Below, in pieces: positions 13,251-26,949 of a stretch of DNA of 63,780 nt. The notes under the pieces are model-generated. The model had not been told where the DNA came from and did no database searches. It saw only the letters and a list, made by a program, of their open reading frames with translations. The DNA lies in contig CM052818.1 of the NCBI GenBank assembly GCA_028534125.1, positions 25,980,001-26,043,780 on the forward strand, given 5' to 3'. How positions within the stretch are numbered: position 1 is the first letter of the stretch; every line of letters begins with the position of its first letter. Origin of the DNA: Lama glama (taxonomy: Eukaryota). The translations under genes were made by a program, and so were the position numbers.

Positions 13251-14117
13251 GTTAAAACAACATTTTACACTTAGCAGAATGGCCCAAATTCAAAACACTG
13301 ACAATACAAAATGCTGAGCAGGATGTCAAGCAACAGAAACTCTCATTCACTGCTGATGGGAATGCAAAATGGGACGGCCATTTTGGGAGACAGTTTGGCA
13401 GTTTCATATGATTCAGCAATTGTGCTCCTTGGTATTTACCCAAACGAGCTGCATATTTTTGTCCTCACAAAAACCTGCACACTGATATTTATAGAAGATT
13501 TTTTCATAATTGCCAAAACTTGGAAGCAATCAAGATGTCTTTCAGTAGGTGAATGGATAAATAAAATGTGGTGCTTCCCAACAATGGAATATTATTCAGT
13601 GCTAAAAAGAAATGGACTATTAAGCTATGAAAATATTTGGAGGAAACTTAAATGCATATTATTACTAATTGAAAGAAGCCAATCTGAAAAGGCTACATAT
13701 ACTGTGTGATTCCAACTACATGGCATTCTGGAAAAGGCAAAACTATGACCACAGTAAAAAGATCAGTGGTTGCCAGGGGCTAGTGAGGGGGAGGGGTGAA
13801 TAGGTGGAGCACCAAGGATTTCCAGGTGGTGAAACTATTCTGTTTGATACCATCATGGTGGATACATGCCATCATTCATTTGTCAAAACCCATAGACTAT
13901 ACAATACCAACAGTGAACCTTGATGTAAGCTAGGAACTTTGAGTGATAATGATGTGTCAGTGTAGGTTCATCAGATGTAATAAATGTGCCGCTCTGGTGG
14001 GGGGTGTTGGTAGTGGGGGAGGCTGTGCACGTTGGGGAGGGGGATAGGGGACCTCTGTACTTGCCACTCAATTTTGCTATGGATCTAAAATTTCTATAAA
14101 GAATAAAGCCTGTTTTA
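13251..14117 (+). mobile_element. L1MC-type 3' portion (ORF2 end plus 3' UTR) with intact TSD
   Basis: ORF 13311-13709 resembles the L1 ORF2 C-terminus (YDSAIVLLGIYPNE..TCT..FIIAKTWKQ..WINKMW..TMEYYS). AATAAA at the 3' end. Perfect 12-bp TSD AAAAATTATGAC at 13239-13250 and 14118-14129. Confidence 0.9.
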
Positions 14118-15849
14118 AAAAATTATGACAAAACATTTTGGAATTAATTTAGAAAGTAATCAAACCAAGAGCCCAAGGTAGATACAAAAAATCTGGGGAG
14201 GCATGTTGCAATGACAAAAGCTGCTGAAATGTAAACAGGTATAATATAAATTCCCAAATAAGTTTCACAGGAAGGCAGAGGCTTTAAGAGCCACAAACAA
14301 GGACCCTGGCTCAGTCTCTGGTGATAGGGGAGGTCTGGAAAAACCAGGGCAGGAAGAATAATGATACTTGAATAGGGCTGATTTGCTTTTGGATTCTTGC
14401 ATCCCTAGTAATAGTAAGGCCAAGTCAGTCTACTGCATGATGGGAGACCTCACGGGGGAGAGCTATGGGACTCCAGTCACCAGCCAGTCAGCCATCAGGC
14501 TTTTTGCCTAATCAATCCATAGCTGATCGCTAATGTATGACCTCGCTTAGCCAAGACTGGGAAACCATCCTGAATTGCTGAGGCACAGAAATTTAAGCTT
14601 AATGTGTTGTTATTACTTTAATAATCTATATTTCCACAGCAGTAGTAACTGATTCAACTCTGCGACTGTGGACCTCTTATCAAAACTCACATGGCTTCAG
14701 TCTTTTCATCTGTAATTTGTAGATAAAATCGACTTTAGGTTGTAATCATATTAGTAAATTAATATTTAAAACATATAGTACATAGTAGGGTTCCAAAAAA
14801 TATTTTAAGTGAATGAATAAATGGTTAGTACTCAATAAAACTTTTCCAAAAAATAATAATAATGATTGATACCTGAGGGGACTTTCATGGCACAGAATTA
14901 GGGATGGGGGAAACCCGAGGTTCAGGGAAGCCATCAGTGAAGTAAGATGGAAACCACTTGCCTTGCCAGGAACTTACTCACACGACATGGGATCAGCCAG
15001 GCTGTTATGCAGAGATAATGGAAGAGAAAGTGCTTCCACTGCTCATTCCACAGCCAAACCACAGATGCTGGCAACTCCTCGCCTGGGAGACAACAAAGAC
15101 ATATTCACAGGGATTGGCTCCTTTCTTCTGAGTTCTACACCTCAAGCTAAAGAAGCCAGTCACGCAAGGCTGGCCTGCTGGGACCAGCTGGGAAATGCAT
15201 CCGTGGCTACTGCTGAGATCTCTGGCCTCCCTTCCCCCAGACCCTTCCTTCCCTGTGCCCAAGCATTACGTTCTGGGAATGCCCGGTAATGACGTGACTG
15301 ATAGCTGCTACTGTTTTGCTTCCAGGAATCTTGTTTTTTTGTTTTTTGGGGTTATTTTTGGGGGGGGGGTTTGAAGCTCTTAAACTGGGAGAGAGAGTTA
15401 CCTTTTACCATTCTGGAGACACCTGTGGACAATCCATTGAGAATTCCATCATATCCAATTAACAGACATTTTGAGAGCCAACAAACAAATGCTCAGGCCT
15501 TGTGCCAGGTCTTAGAGAGGCAAAGATAAAGAAGATTAGAGTTTTCTTTTCTTTTTATTATCCACCAGACCAAAGGGCACAGCCTGGGGACTTGATGCCA
15601 GGCAAGATGTGTCAGAAATGTGGATTTGGCTCCTGGCTCTGGGTGGCAATCACAGAACTGTCGCCTATGCTCTCGGAGCCTGTTTCCTCCCCTGTAAAAT
15701 TAGTGATGGGCCTAGATGACCTCGCTGCCCTGTCCACCTCTAACAACAGATGTCGGCAAGCCTGTGGGCACCAGCAAAAACATGAGTAACTAGAAGAATC
15801 CTGCTTCCGTGTTCTCAGAAAAGCCTTGGCCACCTGATTTTCTCCTTTT

Positions 15850-17520
15850 ATTATTGTTATGTCAGTGTTGATATTTGCAAAAGAAGATGAGCATCACACA
15901 GGTGATAATGAAGCAGAGTAACATCAGGAACACCTGTGAGCCTTAGCGATCATGGCCAATACCATCGTCCAGCCCGTGGGCTCCTTTCCTGTACTGTGCC
16001 CTGCAGAGCCCTAGAAGTGACCAGCATTCCGAATTTTATTCCTGTAAACCCCTGGTTTTAAAAAGTAAGTTAGCACCTATGTCTACAACATCAAATAATA
16101 CATTATTTGAATTTTGCTTGCTTTTTAAAAATGGTGTTATCCTCTACTATACCCAGTCTTCTTTTTGCTTGCTTTTCTCACTCCATATTGTATTTCTAAG
16201 ATTGATCCATGTGGCAGGTGGTTCATTATCTTTGCTATGGTATGTAACATCTTATAGCATGAGTATGAATAAATAATTGTTTATTCATTCTCCAGCTCGC
16301 TTGGACAAGGGTTGTCCAGGTTGTTATCACAGTGTTGCTAAGATTGGTCCTGTACATAAACCGCTATGCAAGAGCTTCTGTACAGTTTATACTTAGAAAG
16401 AAGTAGTATCACATGAATCTTAGGCATGTGTGCAAGAGTTTCTCTAGGGTAGAAATACTGGGCTGTAACGTACGTGAAACTCCAGCTTGTGTTTTCCAAA
16501 GGAGTTGCACCAATGTAGACTCCTGCCAACAGCGTATTAAAAATTCCAGTTGACTCACACCCTCACTTTGACTGTGCATGACTTCTTAATTTTTGCTAAT
16601 CCAGGGGGTGAAAAGCGGTATCTCGCTGGTGTCTTAATTAGTCTCTTGGATTACTAATGAGGTTGAGTCTTCTTTGATGTGTTGAGGGACGACTCATGTT
16701 TACTATTCTGTGAACTGCATGTTCCTATCTTTTGTCCACTTTTCTATTGGGCTATTGGCTGTGTATCTATTCATTTATTTTATTGGACTTTGAAGATTTG
16801 AAAAGTCCTTTTTATGTATGTGTTATTGGCTATACATACTGCAAGTGTCTTCTGGCTTGTGGCTTTTCTGATCGCTTTCATCACAGGATCTATTATGAAA
16901 CAGAAGTTCTTAATTTGAAAGTAGCCAAATTTATCATTTTTTCTTTTGTAGTTTGTACTTCCGTGTTTTGTTTAAGAAATCTTTGCCACCCTGAGGTCTT
17001 AAAGATATTCTCCTACACTGTCTAAAAAAATTTTAGAGTTTTGCCTTTTACGTCTAAGTCTGAAGTCCACTAGGCTTTGATTTTTCTGCACGGTGCGCAG
17101 CAGGATCTGATTACAGTTTCTTTTGTTGTTGTTTTCCCGTATTGGTAACCAACGGACCCCACACCATTTATTAAAGAATTCATTGTTTCCTCAGTGATGT
17201 GCAGTGCCTTCTCCATCATATCTCAAGGACCCATCCCCTCCCCTTTTCTTTCTGTCTCTGTTTCTGGGGACTCTAGTCTGTTCCAACGGGCAAACTGTCT
17301 GCATCTGTGCCAGTACAACACTGTCTTCGTTACCTCAGCTTTGTAAGAAGTCTTGATATTCCTCTTCAGGAGTGTCTTGTTTATTCTTAGGTCTTTGCTT
17401 CTCAGTACAAATTTGAGAATTATTAGTCAAGTTCCTCAACAATTCTATTTGACTTTTTATTCGAATTGTATCCAATCTTTAGATCAGTTTGGGGAGAAGT
17501 GACATGTGTGATGTTTACAA
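15850..17520 (-). mobile_element. Old L1 (L1ME-like) ORF2/3' UTR, degenerate
   Basis: T-rich reverse L1 text: AGATTGATCCATGT, GTTTTCCAAAGGAGTTGCACCAATGTAGACTCC, AACAGAAGTTCTTAATTT, TAGATCAGTTTGGGGAGAAGTGACAT. Confidence 0.75.
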
Positions 17521-18149
17521 AAGATTGTACTGTGGTCCTCTAGTGGGGAAGACAGACACATTGGTATAACACCATGTGGTAAATATTACATAAACATGAA
17601 GAACAGAGGAGGAGTTAGGGAAAGTGCTACAGAGAAGATACCATGTGTGAAGGCTCTCAGTGAACAAAAATGCTGTATTCTGGCTTCAGATGTGAAAAGT
17701 ATGTCTGTCCCATTTTGTCAGACCGCCCTCAGGAGATAATCACCAAGGTTACCCTCACTGAATCCTTAAAATTGTCATGATGGTTGCACAGCAGGATCAG
17801 ATTGCCCTGGACCTAAACCCAAACAAGTGTGCCCCATCCACTCTTTTCTCTGTATCCCAAACCTGGACATCAGCACATGGTATCTCTTTCAGTGTTGTGT
17901 TCACCCTACACCCTACATGTTCTGGTTCCCTTCATAGATCTGACTTGTTTCCCAGAGAGACCTACTTAAGTTCTCTTCAGTCTTTTTATGAAGCCAATTT
18001 GTTTTTACAATTCAGTTTTACAAGTTCAACCTTCTATAGCTTTGCCTCCAGGGTTTTATTCAATTCTGGACCAAGTTTCCCTGGTCATACTTTAACAATC
18101 AGTTAGTACAGACCACCGAGTGCCTATTATGGTGCTAGGTATGTTTAGG

Positions 18150-18330
18150 GGATGCGGAGTCAAGGGTCTGGGAGTCAGGTAGACCTGGATTTGAGCCTTA
18201 GCTCTGCCTTATTAGCTGAGTGACACTGGGCCAACCATTTAATTTTTCTCATTATATGATTCTTCATGGATATCACAAAGGATGATAATTCTGGATTCAG
18301 ATAATATATATAAATGGTCTTGTACATATG
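18150..18330 (+). mobile_element. MIR SINE
   Basis: GGAGTCAGGTAGACCTGGATTTGAGCCTTAGCTCTGCC..TAGCTGAGTGACACTGGGC, the MIR core. Confidence 0.7.
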
Positions 18331-20934
18331 GTATTTTAATCAAATGAGGAACAAAAAATGTTAGTTGCAAGAACTAGAACAGAAGACAGTAACTTGCTTC
18401 TGAGAGAGTTTTTTCCTCGGAGGAGCATATGAAGCAGTGGGAGGTACAACACTCAGAGAGGACACGTACTAAGGGAAAAGCACATATGAATGAGGTCTGA
18501 AAAATCACATTGATTCTCTGCATTGATCCAGAAGGGATTTAAGATAACATGTAAAAATAGATAAATTAGAGCAAGGTAACAACTTAGATGTGATGGAAAA
18601 GCAAAGCAAAATCAAAGTTGGGAAGGTACAGAAAGTGGAAAGGAGAAAGTGCAGAAAATGCACACCAAGGAGTCTGTTTCACACACTTGGTTTAAGGGGG
18701 ACACATATTTGATGCTAAGCTTTCCAGTGGCCCCACCAACAGTCACAGTGACAACTTACAAATAACTACAGAGAATGCCAAATACAGGAGGATAGTCGGC
18801 ATGGAGAGAGGCTGGATAGGGAAGGCTCCTTGAAAATAATGAGGTTTGAGTCAGGTTCTGATGGAAGTTGAATTTGGATTCCAAAGGGAGTCACCCAATC
18901 AAAATACATAGGAGGAGAATAAAGAGGTCGTCTTGGGAAGCAGGGATCCTTTTGGCTAGTCTCACAGTAGGGCAGGCAGACGACTGACGTCTTTCGATTT
19001 CACACGCAAGAGAGCCCTGACTCTCCCTGACGAGAAAATGACCTGATGAGAGTGGTATTTGGAGGAAATTACCCTGGCACCACACAGCTGCAATTTTCCC
19101 CTTTGCAAATTATAATTCATCACGGGCATTTTAGGAAAACGCTGTCACGCATGTCTCTCCTGATGTGGTTCACATCTGGCTCTGCCATTGGCAATATAGA
19201 TTATTTAGAAAATCTGTGCAGCATTAGTGTCTAATAACCTTTGCTTTAAACACGGTGAAGCAAGCCACAAACTTAGAAATGGCACACATCCCTCTGGAGT
19301 AATTTAGTCCAGGTTCTCTATGTGACTTAGGAAATCCCTCGCTGTGGCTGCATCTAGTAGTCTGGACAATGGCATGAGTGTTGAAAACTAGGGAGATTGA
19401 AACTAGTCTTAGAAATAAGAGTAAACGTAGTGACTTTCACTTTCAGTGTGCTTTCCTTGCATGTGTAAAGTTTTGAGAGTTTGAAATGGCCCTAGACTGA
19501 ACAGCATTCTGCATAAAATAGTACAACAATCACCAGGTTTCTTTTTTAAGTTGCATCTTTGTAGCATGTGGACATCATGACCACTTCAAGTATTTGGATT
19601 TAAAATTTATGCTTGAATTTTGGCCAAACAAATTTTTCCTTTCTTGTATTTTTGAGGGACTAATGCTCCAGCCCTTAGAAGAAATGAAGCTAATAGCTCT
19701 TTAGTTGTTCAATGACAGAAGCCCATGGAAGGTAGAAACAAGTGTCACAGGGGCTAAGCCTGGAGGCAGGGAGATATCTGAGGGAATACGCACTCTCTCA
19801 GCCCAAGAAGTGCTCTTGTATTACAAAACTGTAGGCAGTCTCTTCTTGACCCCAGTTAGTTGTAATCCATGTGCAATCTATCCTCTGGGACAGCTGTTAT
19901 CAGGCTATGTGGGGAAAGCATGTCCTTGCTAAACTTTTGGTGGAGCAGGGGAAAGGGCAAGGCTTTATTGCTCTGACAGTCACGCATTTACTTCACATCA
20001 TCCAATTGGTTGTTTTCTTTGGAAGCCATTCTCAACTGACTCATGTGAAGCAAGTTGCATTTGGGGGGGGGGAGGGTAAGATGAACCACGGGCCCATCTT
20101 CCTTGATTTGTCCCTAACTCTCAGCTGGGAAGAGAGTTTCATTTGCAAGTGGCAGACCCTCCGGGATCAAGAGAGAAAGTCCTGGTGAGAGGATGTATAT
20201 TTTGCATTCTTTCACACCTATGTGGATTGTTCAAATTGGAATGTTCCCTGTAGGGAAGTGTAACTAAAATCTAGAAGAGATACAGAAGGTGTAGAGTTTT
20301 GTTAAGTCAATTATCTTAATAAAATTTATTCGTTCATTCACTTATTTAACAAATATTTGAGAGCCTTCTGTGTACTCGCTGCTGTGCTTGGTTCTGGAGA
20401 TACTAGGGGACATAGTGACAAACAAGACAAATCATGGCCCATGAATCACTGATGTGACGTATGACAGAGTAATACTTCTCAAAGTGTGTACAAAATGATG
20501 ACACCAATTCCATAAAATTCTCTTGCCCCCACCAAAACAAACAACTGAAGTAGAGAGGGTGTTTTTTTTCCTCAAATAAATTTGGGAAGTACTGTATACT
20601 CTGTTTTGGAGCCACACATTTTATCACAGAATAATAAAGGCTTTGGGATGTTCACTATCAACAATTGAGCTATTCATTGTTCAGTCTAGCATTTATCAAA
20701 AGCATCTAAACATGGAAATCCACCTACTAAATATCTGGGGGACTAGTTTTCTGTGAAACACCCTTTGGAACATACTGTGGAGGAAATGCAGAGGAAATTC
20801 ACAAGTGTTAAAAACTCTCAGGATCACAAAGCCGGCTGTGGTTAGCGGTGGTCAAGGGTTGCTGCCACTGAGTGAAATCCATCATGAGAGCCACTGGGTC
20901 TGGCCTCTGGGGCCACCAAAGACACTTCTGCACA

Positions 20935-21950
20935 GCATGCTATTTATTTTCTTGTTGAAGGCTGGACATGATGTATTAGGTTAAGAAATTGAGGTAATTA
21001 GGTTCTTAGCTTGAGCTGTGCTATGTTTAATGTCTTCTACAGCTGTAGGTGCCAGAGGCTTCATTTTCCTCTGGTTTCTGTATTTTCTCCCCCTCCTCCT
21101 GTTGTTTTTGTGTCTCTCCAAACACTTCTTACATAGAATCTGTGTCTCAGAGCTCTCCGTTGTATACCACGGTTAGTGTACTGGAGCCCTGTCGAGGTGA
21201 TAGTTGGATATGGGGGAGGGGAGGTGTTCTATAATCTTGTGATTAAATCTCAGCTTTTTAATGGGCCTGAGTTCCTGTGCTGTGACCTTCAGAAACATTC
21301 CTTAACCTTTTCTCTCCCCTTATGTGAGACAAGAAGACTAGAGGGGCTTAGAGTTGGCTAATTGTCCTTCTCCTGGGTCAGATAAGGCTCTGGTAAAAAT
21401 AATTTCCCTTAGAGTACAGGCTTTTCTTATGGAGAGTACTCTGGACATATGTCAAAATCATTACTTTTCCCCTAGTACATTTAAAAAGTGGTTACTTCCC
21501 TCCTCCCTCTGCTGGAAACAAGAGGGGATTGTCCTTCAGTCTTTACTGGGAGAACCTGGTAGAGATCCTTGAGGTAAAAACCATGAAAATGTAGCCTACC
21601 CTCCTTTTCCCCCAAAATGCCCCTCCCACCACCTTGGCCACTGGGGTTTTTAAATTGCAAGTGGTCCACACTCAGCTTCTATTAATTCTTCAAAATTGCC
21701 ATTAAAGAGTTCCTGCTACTTACTGGCACTAGTGGCTTCTGCTTCAGGTAAGCTGACCTTAGCTTTGGTTTTCCACATGCACCTGTCTGTCCAGATTTCC
21801 AGATGGAGGTTTGCCCTGTGAATTAAATTCTCTAATGTTGCCAAGAAAAGTTTTGATGTTCAATTTGCTTAGATTTTTTTTCTTATTGTGAGTACAGGAA
21901 TGGTAACTTCCAAGCTTCTTCAATGTCAGAGTTTGAGCCAGAAGTCTTCT
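20935..21950 (-). mobile_element. Old L1M 5' region (5' UTR/ORF1 start), degenerate
   Basis: TTTTCTTGTTGAAGGCTGGACATGATGTATTAGG and GGTTTGCCCTGTGAATTAAATTCTCTAATG..GTAACTTCCAAGCTTCTT resemble reverse-oriented L1M 5'-end consensus sequences. Confidence 0.6.
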
Positions 21951-22303
21951 ATTGATTTTTACTTGATTCATTTAATGGTCATTTATTGAGCACTATCTGA
22001 TGCTAAGACATTACACTAAATCTAACATGGGATATAGGCACAGCCGACCCAAGCCTCTGTCCTCGGACCATCTGAGGTCAATTTTTATGGTGTATACTTT
22101 GCCTTTCAGACTGAGTCGAGGTTCCCATTCTTGATCTGTGTGTTTATACTCTGGCTTCCTTAGGCAACTTTTTTTTTCCCCTCAGACAAGTCCATAGATC
22201 CACATTCTCAAGAGTTCAAGAGTTCTCTAAGAACACTTTAAAAATTTATGTTTGCATTTTAATTATAAAGTAAAATTTAGGATAATTTAAAGATATTCTA
22301 GAA

Positions 22304-22526
22304 CAAAGCTTGGTAAATTATGGCCCACGGACTAAGTCCAGCCCACCACCTGTTTATTTGTATAACAGATTTTATTGACCCACAGCTGTGCTCACGTGTT
22401 TATGTAATGTGTATGGCTGCTTTCATGCTACAGTGGTGCAGTTGAAAATGGTGAAGAAAGTGTATGGCCCATGACACCTAAAATATTTATCATCTGGCAC
22501 TTTACAGAAAGAGTTCACTACCTTTA
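22304..22526 (+). mobile_element. MER58A-like hAT (Charlie) MITE
   Basis: ATGGCCCACGG..CAGCCCACCACCTGTTT..GGCTGCTTTCATGCTACA..CCTAAAATATTTA..CTTTACAGAAA. Flanked by 8-bp TSD-like TTCTAGAA (22296-22303) and CTCTAGAA (22527-22534). Confidence 0.8.
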
Positions 22527-23789
22527 CTCTAGAAGATCTTCATATGATTCTGTTCAGTGTTGGTGTTTGTGTTTATGACCATGAGGTCAAATGAAGATTT
22601 CAAATATAGGTTTCTTGGGAATTTGAAAGGAGAAAAGTAGAGAGTGAACTGAGTAATCATATGAGAAATTTGAGAACAGATCATGCAACATGCAAAAGAA
22701 TCTCTCTTGAAGTAGACAGAACTGGATTCATGTTGGGGGTCCACACAGTGTGGGTGTCCTGTCTGTGTGCTGACTTGCTACAGCTCAGTAACAACTGCAG
22801 TGGCCGTGGTAATGACCACATTTGAAAAAAAACCAAACAAACAACTTTTAATTCCATTTCTAATTTCTGTCCCAGAAATAATGAAGTTAGATACCTATTT
22901 CATGCTGCTTCCACTAATCTGTCTTTAGCTGAAGATAATCACCTTTACATAATTAGCAAGTAACATCTTATTAAAATTGGCATTGGAGAATTTTCTGCTG
23001 GCAGAGTTTTCCCTACATATGAGATCTCAGTATCCTAAACCAGCAAACAGAGCTGTGTCTTAGTCACACCATTCTGCATAGTATACTTCTGTGTATTCTG
23101 GGCAGGAATCCCAGACTCTCCCTCCCAAGAGTCCCTCTACCTTATAGGCCCACGCCCCTGGGTGTTCTTTACCATTCTGCCTGCTCCTGTCTTGGGGCCG
23201 TGAGGGGCACCTGGACGGTTCCACTAGCACCCAGCCTCACCCCAATCAAGAGCTGCCCCTGGGACAGTCTCTGTTCTACATATTCCTTTCCTCCCTGATG
23301 AGATTCTTTTTGGTGTCCTTTCTTGCCTGAAAACCTCTGTTAAAACTCACTGTATTACACAGACTCTAATAACTGATCTTTTTGAAGGAGAAGATGTAAG
23401 TTTTGGTCAGTTTCCTCCTTGGAAGTACCTTGAGCCCCATTAGCATTTCCTGTCTCCTTCCCTCGGAGTTCTGTACCAAGCAGTGGTGCTGGGAACAGCA
23501 GTCTTTGATAAGCCTCAAAAATATCCTATCACATTCTTCATCCAGGACAACACACCCTCCCAGGAATCCACTGAATATGATGGATAGACCATGGGTAGGA
23601 CTCTGGGTATTGAAGTCAGGGACAGTGCAAACACTCTGTTCACCTCTTTTATAGGAACAGAAACCAGGAGAAGTCAGTCATGCACTTCTGTCCTTCTGTG
23701 GGATATAAGGGTGCCTAGTGTACAGTTTAGCTGGATGCAGTTTGAAGCCACTTTTAAAAAAAGAGCAAGGAATGTTTATATCTGGGTTT

Positions 23790-24032
23790 TTCCTTACAGC
23801 TTTATTGAGATATAATTCATAGGCTCAATAAAGGGTATAATTCAATAGTTTTAGTATATTCACAGAGTTCTGCAACCATTACCATAATCAATTTCAGAAC
23901 ATTTCATCAACTCAAAAAGAAATTCCATACCCACTAACTATCATCCTCCATCATCCCCATCCCCCTTGGCCCTAAGCTCAGCTACTTCAGTCTCTATATA
24001 TTTGTTTATTCTGGACAGTTCATATAAGTGGA

Positions 24033-24098
<66 letters not shown>

Positions 24099-24690
24099 GG
24101 TGACTGCTCTCTTTCACTTGGCATATTGTTTTCAAGATTCATCTAGTATGTATTACTACTTCTTTCTTTCTTATGGTCAAATAAAACTCCACTGAATGGT
24201 GCACATTTTATTTATCCATTCATCAGTTGGTGGACATTTGGGTTGTTTCCACCTTTTCATATTATGAATAATGCCACTGTACACATTCATGTACCAGTTT
24301 TTATGTAGATATATGGGTTTAATTCTGAACTCGCAATTCTATTTCATTGACTGATAGATCTGTCCTTTTGCCAGTAACACACTGTATTGATTTTTCTTAT
24401 TATTACCCTTGATAGTGAATTTTAAAATCAGGATGTGTAAGCCTTCCAAATTCATCCTTCTCTTTTAAGATTGTTTTGGCTATTCTGGTTTCCTTGAGTT
24501 TCCTTACGAATTTTAGTATTCAGCTGGGATTCTGATAGAGATTGCATTGAATCTGTAGATCATTTAGGGGAGTACTGCCATCTTAACCATATTAAATCTT
24601 CCAGTCCCTAAACACGAATGTTTTCTCATTGATTTAGATCTTATAAATTCTTTCAACAATGTTTTGTAATTTTCAGACTATAAGTTCCCC
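23790..24690 (-). mobile_element. L1MB-type 3' UTR plus ORF2 fragment
   Basis: CAGCTTTATTGAGATATAATTCA..TTTAGTATATTCACAGAGTT..CCATTCATCAGTTGGTGGACATTTGGGTTGTTTCCAC, followed by reverse ORF2 text GATTGCATTGAATCTGTAGAT. Confidence 0.85.
24036..24098. repeat. (AT)24 followed by a T run, inside the L1
   Basis: Read directly from the sequence. Confidence 0.95.
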
Positions 24691-25284
24691 TGCTGAGTGC
24701 TCAACACGCATGAGGCACATCAACAGTATATAGTTCCTCAACCTTGTGGCCTTTTCCCCCACATTGTCTAGAGAAAACAGACCATAACTTAATTCTAGTT
24801 TTCTTTTCTGTTTTGCACAGGGGAGGTGCTCAATATGGATTTGCTGAAAAAATAACTAAGGAGAAAATAAATTCCTCACTTTGCTTCCTGTGCCCTCAAA
24901 TCAAGAGCAGCAGGATCCTTTTCAGTTCATTAACAATATGTTGCACAAAGCAGATGCTGGCTCATAGCAGATGTGTGCCAATACACATGCTGTTTCTGGA
25001 GTCCTTCATTTTGAAAAGAGAAATGTGAGTCCTTATTTGCATCCAGTCTTTCCCTGGAAGGAGACACCTCTACCAGAGTCTCCAGATAAGGAGGGAGGTT
25101 GCCCCTGAACCCCAGGCTCTTACAATTTCATGCAATTTTGCACGCACAGCCCTGCCTGCTGAGTTGGGCTGGGATGGCACGGAGAAGGTCCCAGGATGCT
25201 GTTGCACGCAGACCCACAGACACTCAGTTGTCTCAAACCACGCAGCCTCTCAGGAAATGGGTGTAGGGTTTGCTGGGTCGGCTA

Positions 25285-25430
25285 ATGAGGGTTTCTTTCA
25301 GGAGTGATGAAAATGTTTTAATACTGGCTGTAGTGATGGTTGTAAAACTTTGAATATACTAAAACCGTGGAGTTGTGTTCTTTCAATGAGTGAATTATAT
25401 GATATGTGAGTTATATCTCAATAAAGTTAT
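25285..25430 (+). mobile_element. L1MB-type extreme 3' end
   Basis: GGAGTGATGAAAATGTTTTA..GTGAATTATATGATATGTGAGTTATATCTCAATAAAG. Confidence 0.75.
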
Positions 25431-26949
25431 TTTGGAAAACTATTATGGGCAGTGGTGGGGTGCCATGGGCTTATGGGCAGATTTCCCTCTCTATTCTGAA
25501 TTGATTGCAGCTCCACTGAGCAGGTGGAATAAGGCATTTCATATCTACCAGACGAGAAAGCCAGACAGTGAGACCATGGAGCGTCCCCAGTTTCACACAG
25601 CTTTGCAGAAGTTCTCGCCTCCATCGAGGTCTTCTGGCAACCATTCCAGACACACTTGACAGACCTGTGGTTTTCCAGCTATGCTTTGCCGAGCCTCGTC
25701 CAGGGACACCGTGGATGGGGGCAGTGGGTTGGGTGGGCGTGAGAAGGAGAGTTGCTGATCAAGTGAGCTCTAGTTTCCTACTTGGTTTGAATCAGAGCAT
25801 TTCTGAATTTAAATCAACATACTGGGCTCACACATAACGTCTTTTTTGAAAAAAAAGAAAAAGTTTCTCTGCCAAAATCTATTGCCCTTAAACCATGGTT
25901 CTCAGATTGCAAGGACAGTGAACAGAACACTTCCCTTAAGCTCGGCACCCAAAGTGCTGATGAATCTTTACAAAAATGTCCATAGTTCAAACAAAAGTGA
26001 TAACCCAGGCTGCCAAGCTCTTGCTGCTTTGGTGTTGATTCTTTGCTGAGGAATGCACCCACAAGGTATCTGTTTACAGCACTAATTGCCAACGAACAAG
26101 TGAGAAATATTGCCCTTGGCCAGACTATATTCTGTTGCTAGAAAACAATACAGCTAAAGTGTTTATGAAATTATCAGAAAGCACTGTCACGTAATACAAA
26201 TATTGTACAAGATGTCCTTGTCCCCAGGAACGCTCCCATCCTCCTCCAGGACTATCATTAGAAGCAAAAGTTGTTTCCCATCAAAATCTAGGTTTGTTCT
26301 CAATTTGTCTTAACAAGGAATGACATAAGTTTACTGGACAAAGGAGTTCCATTTTTCGTTCCCTGTGTTTAATCTGCACGGACAGAAAGCTGTAAATATC
26401 ATAAGTGGTTGTTGCCGGCTGGCCTCGGAGGGGCCCCGTTCGTTAAAGACCATGGTTCGCTGGTTTCTTGTGTCTTCCCTGGACCCAGAGGCTGCTTGCT
26501 CATCATCACTATGCGGTCTGGCAAACAAAAGCCGGAGGCCCAGGAGCCTGTGTTGAAGACTGATGTGACCTTTGACCTCCATCAGCAAGGCTCGGAGGGA
26601 AAGAGGCAAAGTCAGGCTCCAGTAACGTTTAATGACAGATCTTGTTAAGGTTAAAAAAACAGCTCCGGCATCCAGCTGGGACTTCATCTGGGGAGGTGCT
26701 CAGACGGCCCTCGGCGTCAGCCCCGGGGCCCCAAGCACAGCTGCACCAGGTACCCGCCGAGCAGCCTCTCTGGGCCTCCTCCTGCCCAGGACCCCCGCCC
26801 GAGTGAGTGTGAGTCCATAGGAAGAATCATTCATTTTTTTCCCCTATTGCCGCCAGCAAGTCTCACCCCTCCGACGCCGTGCTGAGGGTCTGTGAGCAGC
26901 AAGGTGCAAATCCTGGTTTTTCTTTTATAAAAATACTCATCAAGAAAGC

